A stretch of 41,842 nt of DNA from Candidatus Faecenecus gallistercoris. Lineage in GTDB: Bacteria > Bacillota_I > Bacilli_A > RF39 > UBA660. The stretch covers positions 1 to 41,842 of the forward strand of contig DVFU01000023.1 in assembly GCA_018713065.1 (NCBI GenBank), read 5' to 3'. The notes beneath the pieces are model-generated. The model was not told the origin of the DNA and made no database searches. It saw only the letters and a program-made list of their open reading frames with translations. The position numbers and the translations under genes were made by a program. Positions 20,226-27,775 of this stretch are shown here, one piece after another. How positions within the stretch are numbered: the first letter of the stretch is position 1; each line of letters starts with the position of its first letter.

Positions 20226-21429
20226 CACGGTCACTCCCTTCTTCTTTCAAACTAGCAGGCATAATGATATCTTTACCGAACTTACTACGAATCTGATCGA
20301 CAGCTTCCTGCACTTTAGAGGAACCATCATCGACAGTATCGGTATCAAAAAGAGAAATCTGGGTCATATTCGTTTTGACAAAGTTACCCAACCGAATACC
20401 AATCAAACGAATCGGTTCACCTTTCCAAGCCCGTTCAAACAAAGCGTATGCCTTTTTAAAAATGTCTTCACTGACATTGGTAGGATTTTCCAATTTGCAC
20501 TGGTGTGAATAATTGACGAATGCATCCGTTCGAATGATGATTGCAATACTAGTCGCATATAGTTTCTTTTCACGCGCTTCTAATCCAACCTCATCGGCTT
20601 GAGATAAAAGCATTTTACGAATATATGATTTATCGGTCACATCAAATGGCAACGTAGCAGTCGTAGAAATGCTTTTCCGCTCCGCCCGTTCGGAAGTCAC
20701 CGGTGTATCATCGATACCCAGAGAGGCATTGTGCATGTAAATAGCATTGCTTTTAAAGTACTTTGTGAGTAACGAAACATCTGTTTTTGCTAACTCCCCA
20801 ATCGTGTGTATTCCAAGTGCCTTCAATGTTTCAGCACTTCGTTTTCCGATGAACAAAAGATCTCCAACATCCAAAGGCCACATCTTCTCTTCCACCTCAG
20901 AAGCAAACAATGTATGAACCTTATTCGGTTTTTCGAAATCACTAGCCATTTTAGCACAAAGTCGATTATTCGCAATTCCAACGTTCACCGTAATTCCAAA
21001 CTTCTCATGAATCTCATCTTTCATCTGATAAGCAAGCCGAATCAAGTCATCATATAAATAGTGTGTCCCAGTCATATCTAAAAAACACTCATCAACCGAA
21101 AATCGTTCGACCGTCGGTGTAAACTGTAAATAATATTGATACAACTTATCACTTTCTCGTTTGTATAATTCGTGATTGGCTGGAAAAACTTTCAAACCTG
21201 GACATTTTCTTCTCGCTTGATACAAAGTTTCTGCTGTTTTTACACCATACTTTTTAGCAACTGGACTTTTCGCTACGACAATACCACGTCTAGCATCTTC
21301 ATCGCCACCTATGACAGAAGGAATATTTCGAATATCTTCCGTCGCTCCACGGCGCAACATATCGACAGCAGTCCATGATAAAAAAGCATTGTTAACATCG
21401 ATATGAAATATGATTCGTTCTTCCTTCAT
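20215..21429 (-). CDS. dinB: Y-family DNA polymerase (Pol IV / UmuC-like translesion polymerase)
   Basis: N-terminal IFHIDVNNAFLSW (a UmuC-like DxN variant of the DMDAFFAS motif), catalytic SVDECFLDMT, and the little-finger region. 404 aa. Confidence 0.85.
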   Translation of the reverse strand: MKEERIIFHIDVNNAFLSWTAVDMLRRGATEDIRNIPSVIGGDEDARRGIVVAKSPVAKKYGVKTAETLYQARRKCPGLKVFPANHELYKRESDKLYQYYLQFTPTVERFSVDECFLDMTGTHYLYDDLIRLAYQMKDEIHEKFGITVNVGIANNRLCAKMASDFEKPNKVHTLFASEVEEKMWPLDVGDLLFIGKRSAETLKALGIHTIGELAKTDVSLLTKYFKSNAIYMHNASLGIDDTPVTSERAERKSISTTATLPFDVTDKSYIRKMLLSQADEVGLEAREKKLYATSIAIIIRTDAFVNYSHQCKLENPTNVSEDIFKKAYALFERAWKGEPIRLIGIRLGNFVKTNMTQISLFDTDTVDDGSSKVQEAVDQIRSKFGKDIIMPASLKEEGSDRDGK

Positions 21430-21521
21430 AACACACCTCTTCTAAACAAGCTTCTATAAGTTCTACTATAAGTATAGAAAATTCTGATGAATTTGAAAAT
21501 CGAACAAAAGAATTTTTTTCA

Positions 21522-22271
21522 TTATTTTGAACTCAAGAACATCCGGTATCCTTTTTTAATCGCATCGTCGATATTTTCTTTAGGAAACAATGTCTGTAAT
21601 TCAAACATAACCAAAGAGTGTTTATGATCATAACAAAAAGACTCAGCCGCATAATGCATACCCGGAATATCGTAAAAAAGGCCTTTGATTGCAGCACGAT
21701 TTAAAATAGGATCGATGACCATCTCACTGTACTCCCAAATCGTTCCAGGATACAAAAATGTAGAAGGTTTGCTAAAGCGATGTAACAAACGCCACTTCTG
21801 AAAATATAAAAAGTGTGTCAGTTCGTGAATCAAATTAGAGAACACCTCTCCCATCGAGCTGCTACATAGATAGATAGAAGAAGTCTCAGAAATCCCAAAA
21901 TGAGCAGGTAAAATTCCAACATAAACAGAAATTACCTTCATGGACTCCGGCCAATCACAACCGAGTACCTGCGATAAAAACGACAAAAAAGACTTGCTAG
22001 AAACATCGAAATATTGCTGATAGTCAATTAACAATCGGTCCATATCGAACGATTCTTCCTGATAAGAACGAATGACTTCCTCCTCGATTTCTTTGATAAT
22101 TCCATCTTCGGTCATATTGCTACGAATAATTTCTCTTAAAGCCGGAAACGTTCGAATCATCGCATCCCGTCGATTGATAAAATCATCTTCTCGTTCATTT
22201 TGATAAAACTGAATCACATAATTCACATTTTCTTCTACCGACAATTTATGAAAAACAATTTTAGGAACCAT
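21522..22271 (-). CDS. Hypothetical protein with an HExxH zincin-like motif (second putative metallopeptidase)
   Basis: NLIHELTHFLYFQKWRLLH (HExxH codons 21813-21827). I moved the start to ATG 22271 (MVPKIVF), which is preceded by a GGAGG RBS. Confidence 0.6.
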   Translation of the reverse strand: MVPKIVFHKLSVEENVNYVIQFYQNEREDDFINRRDAMIRTFPALREIIRSNMTEDGIIKEIEEEVIRSYQEESFDMDRLLIDYQQYFDVSSKSFLSFLSQVLGCDWPESMKVISVYVGILPAHFGISETSSIYLCSSSMGEVFSNLIHELTHFLYFQKWRLLHRFSKPSTFLYPGTIWEYSEMVIDPILNRAAIKGLFYDIPGMHYAAESFCYDHKHSLVMFELQTLFPKENIDDAIKKGYRMFLSSK

Positions 22272-22322
22272 AACTACCTCCAAAGACAAATAAAATATCC
22301 ACAAGAGAAGTGGATATCTTTT

Positions 22323-23597
22323 TTATAAGTATTCTTTAAAACAGAAAGTTGCATAAATCGGAATGTATTTAATTCCCTTTTTGAGAGAGAAATTCTCTTC
22401 ACTAACTCGAATTGCCTCATGAATATCGTATTTATTCATAAACAAAGTAAGTGATTTTGCTTTCGACAAATTCGTATTGACTAACTCGATTGGAACAATC
22501 TTACCAAGTCTAGACTGAACGATGAAACTAACTTCAGCCTTTCCTTCTGATGCATAATAATAAAGGTTATAGCCAGAAGAAACGATATTGTTAGCAATAC
22601 TAGTCTCATATAAAATATTCTTTAATTTGTCATCCTGTAACAATTTAATTTGATTTAAATGCAACTGATAGAATAAAATTCCCGTATCATTCGGATACAA
22701 TTTGAAGGAATCTTTATCTTTAAACTTCGATAATGGCATTCCCACATTCGATACTTTATAACAACGATAGACAAAATTGTTGTTACTTAAGAAATCGATA
22801 GCCGCCTCGTAATCTTTACTTCTACTTCCTTCCCTCATCAATCCATATTGAAATTTATGATTCGGTTTTAAGAATTGATACGGCATGATATCCAATACTT
22901 CATTTGCTCGCGTCGTATCGATCAAAGTAGGCATGAACAGCAATGATCTTTTATAACAATCGATCATCTTCTGATGAACAGAATTCAAATAAGCAAAATT
23001 AGGATTGTGGAAGGATGCTTCAATTGCTTCTGGAAGACCACCAGTCATGAGATAATTTTGAAAGTGATCCATAGCAATTTGATGGAACGGAATCGGTTTA
23101 TTATTTTTATATGAATCTTTGATAAAGTCGATTAATTGATTTTGATTACAAGCTTTTAAATACTCTTCAAAGTCAACTGGGAACATATACTTATACTGTA
23201 ACTCTTCCCCTTTAAATTTAACTAAGTTCTCCTTTAAAGATGTAATCATAATGACGTGATAATCGCATTCTCCTTTGCCAAACAACTTGACCATCTTGAC
23301 GATATCTAAGTCATTGATATTGTCGAATACAATCAACGTATCTTTCTTTAAAATCGGTTCTCCTACCAAAAGAGCAAGGCGAAGAACAATTTTTTCAACC
23401 GAATTCTCTCGTTTTGCAATCGATAACAATTCATAATTATTTTCACAATTGATATAGGCGACAGTCTTGTATTCCTTCTCGCCAAAAGCAAGCACCGAAT
23501 ACGTTTTTCCAATCTGTCTGTTTCCATATAAAAGTAACGGTTTCCGATTTATATCTTTTTTCCATCGTAGGAAATCATTCATAATTTTTCGTTCCAT
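22323..23597 (-). CDS. AAA_14/DUF4143-type ATPase (COG1373-like predicted AAA+ ATPase with C-terminal nuclease-like domain)
   Basis: P-loop LLLYGNRQIGKTY, Walker B-like TLIVFDNIND, and the characteristic FKLYPNDTGIL motif of the DUF4143 region. 424 aa with a GGAGG RBS. Confidence 0.75.
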   Translation of the reverse strand: MERKIMNDFLRWKKDINRKPLLLYGNRQIGKTYSVLAFGEKEYKTVAYINCENNYELLSIAKRENSVEKIVLRLALLVGEPILKKDTLIVFDNINDLDIVKMVKLFGKGECDYHVIMITSLKENLVKFKGEELQYKYMFPVDFEEYLKACNQNQLIDFIKDSYKNNKPIPFHQIAMDHFQNYLMTGGLPEAIEASFHNPNFAYLNSVHQKMIDCYKRSLLFMPTLIDTTRANEVLDIMPYQFLKPNHKFQYGLMREGSRSKDYEAAIDFLSNNNFVYRCYKVSNVGMPLSKFKDKDSFKLYPNDTGILFYQLHLNQIKLLQDDKLKNILYETSIANNIVSSGYNLYYYASEGKAEVSFIVQSRLGKIVPIELVNTNLSKAKSLTLFMNKYDIHEAIRVSEENFSLKKGIKYIPIYATFCFKEYL

Positions 23598-23631
23598 AAA
23601 TCGTGCCCTCCTTACACTAAACTACAAGTTA

Positions 23632-23660
23632 AGTATATATCTTTCCTATTTTTAAGTCAA
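23632..23660 (-). promoter_or_regulatory. Sigma-A-type promoter upstream of the five-gene accessory operon
   Basis: On the minus strand: -35 TTGACT, 17-nt spacer, -10 TATACT. It lies in the 106-nt spo0A-ATPase spacer, which has no convincing terminator. Confidence 0.5.
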
Positions 23661-23703
23661 GAATGTGTCGGGTTTTTATGAGAATTATTCTCAAAAAGAA
23701 AAC

Positions 23704-24480
23704 TTACGCATGAGTAAGTTCTTTGTGATACTCTAGTCGAAGTTTATCTGCGACAGTTACTATGAATTCAGAATTCGTCGGTTTGGCCTTATCGATATCG
23801 ACACTATGACCGAATATCTCTTCCATCAAATCCCAACTGCCACGATTCCAACTGACCTCGATAGCATGGCGAATCGCCCGTTCTACACGAGATACTGTGG
23901 TATCGAACTTTTCTGCTAACATCGGATATAACTCTTTGGTAATGCCACCAATCACCGATGGATCTTTATAAATAATAGAAATCCCTTCTCTAATATACTG
24001 ATATCCCTTTATATGAGAGGGAACTCCTAATTCATGTAAAATTTTCGTAATCGAAATATCTAAGTTATTTTGATATAAATCGATACTCTTTTGATTGAAT
24101 GTATTGTTTGCCGTACATTCTAAAACTCTTCTTGCCAGTTCATCTAACTCGAACGGTTTTAAGATGAAATAGTGAATCCCTAATTCTGAGACCTTTCGAA
24201 TCATCTCTTGGGTATTGTAAGACGTAAGTACAATGACTTTCTTATGAATTCCCTTTTTCTGCATTTCTTCTAAGACGGATACACCATCCTTCTTAGGCAT
24301 AATCAAATCCAAAATAATGACATCGTAACGATCCATCTCGGACTCGATTAAATGCAATCCTTCTACTCCATCGTACGCTTCAAGCACTACATCAATCTTA
24401 GCGTGACTTCTAAAATACTCCTTGACCATACGAACAAGTGCAACGTTGTCGTCGATCATTAAGACTCTAGCCTTTTCCAT
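23704..24480 (-). CDS. spo0A: Sporulation master response regulator Spo0A
   Basis: Receiver domain (MIDDN..., [12 protein letters not shown]) plus a Spo0A-specific C-terminal DNA-binding domain ([12 protein letters not shown]..., [18 protein letters not shown]). Confidence 0.93.
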   Translation of the reverse strand: MEKARVLMIDDNVALVRMVKEYFRSHAKIDVVLEAYDGVEGLHLIESEMDRYDVIILDLIMPKKDGVSVLEEMQKKGIHKKVIVLTSYNTQEMIRKVSELGIHYFILKPFELDELARRVLECTANNTFNQKSIDLYQNNLDISITKILHELGVPSHIKGYQYIREGISIIYKDPSVIGGITKELYPMLAEKFDTTVSRVERAIRHAIEVSWNRGSWDLMEEIFGHSVDIDKAKPTNSEFIVTVADKLRLEYHKELTHA

Positions 24481-24560
24481 ATTTTATCCTTTCTTACTAC
24501 ACGCAAGTATAATTATAAACTAAATTTCTACATAAATAAACAGTTATTTTTATCTAAATT

Positions 24561-24567
24561 TGTCGAA
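24561..24567 (+). promoter_or_regulatory. Consensus 0A box (TGTCGAA) upstream of spo0A
   Basis: Exact match to the B. subtilis TGNCGAA 0A-box consensus, 81-87 nt upstream of the spo0A start. It is a short motif, so a chance match is possible. Confidence 0.4.
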
Positions 24568-24582
24568 CCCAGATTTTTAGGC

Positions 24583-24611
24583 AAAAAAAACTACACGACA
24601 ATCTCGTGTAG
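24583..24611 (-). terminator. Rho-independent terminator ending the glycolytic operon
   Basis: On the minus strand: CTACACGAG-attg-TCGTGTAG followed by 8 T. Confidence 0.8.
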
Positions 24612-24628
24612 AATTGTGCATTCATTAC

Positions 24629-24805
24629 TTATCCATTCTTGTTTAAAGAATTCATGCCTGCTACGAAAAGAAGCAAAAGTCCTAAAAACAAACAAGCCCA
24701 GAAAATAGGAGAATCCTGATTATCTATGATGAAGTTGTGTAAGTCTTCTCCAAGATCTTGAATCGTTTTCATCAAATCGAAGTCTAATACAAACCAAGGC
24801 AACAT
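24629..24805 (-). CDS. Small hypothetical single-pass membrane protein (58 aa, below the ORF-track cut-off)
   Basis: Manual translation gives MLPWFVLDFDLMKTIQDLGEDLHNFIIDNQDSPIFWACLFLGLLLLFVAGMNSLNKNG. Its ATG directly abuts the tpiA stop codon and the terminator follows it. It is not SecG-like by eye. Confidence 0.5.
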   Translation of the reverse strand: MLPWFVLDFDLMKTIQDLGEDLHNFIIDNQDSPIFWACLFLGLLLLFVAGMNSLNKNG

Positions 24806-25525
24806 TTAACGTACCTCCTTTAACATTTCTTCTATCTTTTTAGGGTCTAAACTAGCACCACCTATTAAATATCCATCGATATTAGGAACTACTTCCAAAG
24901 AAGCAATATTAGAAGGATTGACACTTCCACCATATAAAACTGGTAAATCGACATGATAATGAGTAGAAACAAACTCTTTGATATTGGATACTGTCTCTTC
25001 AATATCTTCATTGCTTGCGACCTTACCTGTACCAATCGCCCAAACTGGTTCATAAGCAAGTATGATAGATTGTAAGTTACTGGTATCAAATGAAGAGAAT
25101 ACATCTTCAATCTGAGATGATAAAACATCGTTCGTTTTTCCTTGTTCTCTTTCCGTTTCTGTTTCACCAATACAGAAAATCGGGCGGATATTTGTTTGCA
25201 GTAACAACTCTATCTTCTGAATGAAATCAGCATCGGTCTCTTTCATAATTTGACGTCTTTCCGAATGCGCGACGATCGTATACGTAACACCCAAAGAAGA
25301 AAGTTGCAAAGCAGATACTTCACCCGTCAATGCTCCGTATGCTCGAAAAGCAACATTTTGACTTCCTACTCCATAAGAGGCATCTTTAAATAATGGCAAA
25401 TACGGAAAACTCGGAACGACAACAAAATGAACGTTAGAAATATCCAATTTCTGAATCTGTTCTTTATACGTTAATATTTCTGGATACGACAAATTCATTT
25501 TGTGATTTAAAACAAAATATTTCAT
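24806..25525 (-). CDS. tpiA: Triose-phosphate isomerase
   Basis: Catalytic residues in LNHKMN, AHSERR and AYEPVWAIGTG. Confidence 0.94.
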   Translation of the reverse strand: MKYFVLNHKMNLSYPEILTYKEQIQKLDISNVHFVVVPSFPYLPLFKDASYGVGSQNVAFRAYGALTGEVSALQLSSLGVTYTIVAHSERRQIMKETDADFIQKIELLLQTNIRPIFCIGETETEREQGKTNDVLSSQIEDVFSSFDTSNLQSIILAYEPVWAIGTGKVASNEDIEETVSNIKEFVSTHYHVDLPVLYGGSVNPSNIASLEVVPNIDGYLIGGASLDPKKIEEMLKEVR

Positions 25526-25526
25526 C

Positions 25527-26756
25527 TCAACTCTCTCCTTTAATTCGATCGATTAAACGTCTAAAAAATCCTTTTTTCTTATTCTTATTTTTCTCATGAA
25601 TGGCATACCGATATACATCTAAAACCGATTCAGCATAATGTTTGGAACTAAACGAATCCGCTTTGATTCGAGCTTGTTTAGACATTCTCTTTAATTCTGT
25701 CTCATCTTGATACAATTTTTCTAACCCTTGGTAGCATTCCTCTTCTGTATGGAAAATAATTCCATCTAAACCATCATCGACAACATTCTTAAACGATTCA
25801 TCCTCAATACATAAGGCTGGTAGAGAAGATGCCATCGCTTCGATAACAGTAAGTCCTTGCGTTTCAGACTGAGATGCCGTAGCAAATAAAGTTGCCATAT
25901 GATAATACGTTGGAATATCTGAGTAAGCAACTTTACCGGTAAAGATAACCGCATCCGAAATACCTAATTCATTTGCTAAATCTTTATATTCTTGCTCATC
26001 CGGTCCACCACCGACAATTAAAAAGCGGAAATTTTTATGATGATCATACATCTTTTTAGCAACTCGAATTAAAAATTCGATGTTTTTCTCGGCCGCAAGT
26101 CTTCCTACAAAAATTAGTACAAAATCTTTCTTATCAATGTGATATTGACGTCTCAATGCCGCCACTTTCTTGGTATCGGCATTTTCTAGATAAAACCGTT
26201 CGACTTCCAAACCAGTTGGAACGATGTGCACGCTTCTCTCAACTTGATATTTTTGTTTAAACAAATCGTACGCTTTCTTGGTCGGCACAATCAGTTCAGT
26301 CGCAGTCTTATCACAATAGAAAAGCGTCAACTGTTCGACAATCTTCTTAGCACTCTTATCGAAGTGTCCATGCGTAATGTAATGCGTATAATCTTCGTAC
26401 ATCGTGTGATACGTATGAACGAGCGGAATATTGAACTGTTTGGCAATAATTCTAGCAAACGTTCCAACGCCAAACTCCGTATGAGTATGAATGACATCTA
26501 AGTGCCAGTCTTTAATCACTTGAACTGCTTTTAACGGATAAATTCCCGTCAAACGATAATCGTATATTCCGATTGGAATCCCAGGAATTCTCAAAACCCG
26601 ATCATCGCTATCGTTATAATGTAAAGCATCATCGTTTACTGTAACGACATATACCGTATGCCCTAACTTTTCTAAGGCATCATGAAGCATCAATACGCTA
26701 GTAGAAACCCCATTGATATAAGGTGGATAGGTATCTGTAAAAAGTCCAATTCTCAT
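25527..26756 (-). CDS. GT4-family glycosyltransferase, alMGS-like 1,2-diacylglycerol 3-glucosyltransferase (membrane glycolipid synthase)
   Basis: The N-terminus MRIGLFTDTYPPYINGVSTS is typical of the diacylglycerol glucosyltransferase/GT4 family, and an EX7E region is present (SETQGLTVIEAMAS). I moved the start to ATG 26756, which forms an ATGA overlap with the upstream stop. Confidence 0.8.
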   Translation of the reverse strand: MRIGLFTDTYPPYINGVSTSVLMLHDALEKLGHTVYVVTVNDDALHYNDSDDRVLRIPGIPIGIYDYRLTGIYPLKAVQVIKDWHLDVIHTHTEFGVGTFARIIAKQFNIPLVHTYHTMYEDYTHYITHGHFDKSAKKIVEQLTLFYCDKTATELIVPTKKAYDLFKQKYQVERSVHIVPTGLEVERFYLENADTKKVAALRRQYHIDKKDFVLIFVGRLAAEKNIEFLIRVAKKMYDHHKNFRFLIVGGGPDEQEYKDLANELGISDAVIFTGKVAYSDIPTYYHMATLFATASQSETQGLTVIEAMASSLPALCIEDESFKNVVDDGLDGIIFHTEEECYQGLEKLYQDETELKRMSKQARIKADSFSSKHYAESVLDVYRYAIHEKNKNKKKGFFRRLIDRIKGES

Positions 26757-27760
26757 GAAGCATCTCCTTTCCGAATACCGAACAACACGCCTCCTACAAT
26801 CATCGGTAGGTAATACGTAGTAAGTCTCCAAATAAGAAGTGACGCAGATACGAAAGTCGCAGGAGCAAAGTTTCCTACAAACTGAGAATATCCAAATTCA
26901 ATTCCACCTGATCCACCAGGAATCGGAACAAATGCTCCAATAATCATCGTATAAGCAGAAGAAACAACGGCTTCCAATGCATTCATACTCTCAAAGTCAT
27001 GCATCGCATAAAACGTGAAAAGAGGAATGACATATAGTAAGAACAAACCGATAAATTGATAGACAAATCCAAGTGCCGCATTCTTTTTATTTTTACTGAT
27101 AAAGACCGTTCCCTCATGAAAGTCCGTTAGCTTCTCTTCCCAATTCTGTTTTGTTTTTTGTCTATCCTTAATCAAATGACAAAAGCTTAGAAAAGAAATG
27201 ATGTGACGAACCATAAATGCAGTAAACTTTCTAGCATAACAGATAATCAGTAATCCAATCATGACAGCAGTATTTAAAATAAAACCAATCAAAATCAAAT
27301 TACTCAAAATCGGATTGTTAGGAAACAAATTCAGTGATAAATTCACAAATAAGGCGATGAGTCCTAACAAGACAAGTGCCGCTTGATACAAAATGAAATT
27401 CATCATGATGATGTTCGTTCCTTTTGTCATTCGGACACCATCTTCTTTTAAAAGCAACACCTGCATCGGTTGACCACCAGTGGAAAACGGTGTAATCCCG
27501 TTAAAAAACGCTGTCATCGTTTCTAATTTAAATGCTTTTTTTACAGAATAAGAAAATTTATATCCAGTAATCACTTCCCGTAATCCCAAAGAACGGAAAA
27601 ACAAACTGGCAGCCATCGTTAAAAATCCAACCACAACCCACAATGGATTGACATTTTTTAAAATGTCGACAATCGCATTAAAATCATCTTTTACAACGAA
27701 AAATAGAACGACGAAGGTTATAAGTAATAATAATATGCTGTTCTTTTTTAATCCCTTCAT
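26753..27760 (-). CDS. Flippase-like / lysylphosphatidylglycerol-synthase TM-region family membrane protein (UPF0104)
   Basis: About 8 TM segments and the family motif PIPGGSGGIEFGY. It is translationally coupled to the GT4 gene. Confidence 0.7.
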   Translation of the reverse strand: MKGLKKNSILLLLITFVVLFFVVKDDFNAIVDILKNVNPLWVVVGFLTMAASLFFRSLGLREVITGYKFSYSVKKAFKLETMTAFFNGITPFSTGGQPMQVLLLKEDGVRMTKGTNIIMMNFILYQAALVLLGLIALFVNLSLNLFPNNPILSNLILIGFILNTAVMIGLLIICYARKFTAFMVRHIISFLSFCHLIKDRQKTKQNWEEKLTDFHEGTVFISKNKKNAALGFVYQFIGLFLLYVIPLFTFYAMHDFESMNALEAVVSSAYTMIIGAFVPIPGGSGGIEFGYSQFVGNFAPATFVSASLLIWRLTTYYLPMIVGGVLFGIRKGDAS

Positions 27761-27775
27761 AGTATAATCTCACCT

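Noticed and set aside
21501-21514. CGAACAAAAGAATT upstream of the Y-family polymerase, considered as a possible LexA box.
   Set aside because: Only the left half-site (CGAAC) fits. The right half is GAATT, not GTTCG. This is much weaker than the uvrA site in the same window, so I treat it as not a LexA operator unless a genome-specific matrix says otherwise.
23680-23692. GAGAAT-t-ATTCTC inverted repeat after spo0A, considered as a possible terminator.
   Set aside because: The loop is too small, leaving an effective stem of only 4 bp. On the minus strand the repeat is followed by A-rich rather than T-rich sequence, so read-through from spo0A into the accessory operon cannot be excluded.
17637-23703. 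The accessory operon considered as a prophage remnant, ICE or transposon.
   Set aside because: No integrase, recombinase, transposase or tRNA target is present, and I found no flanking direct or inverted repeats by eye. I therefore call it an accessory operon, not a mobile element. A compositional analysis that I cannot run might revise this.
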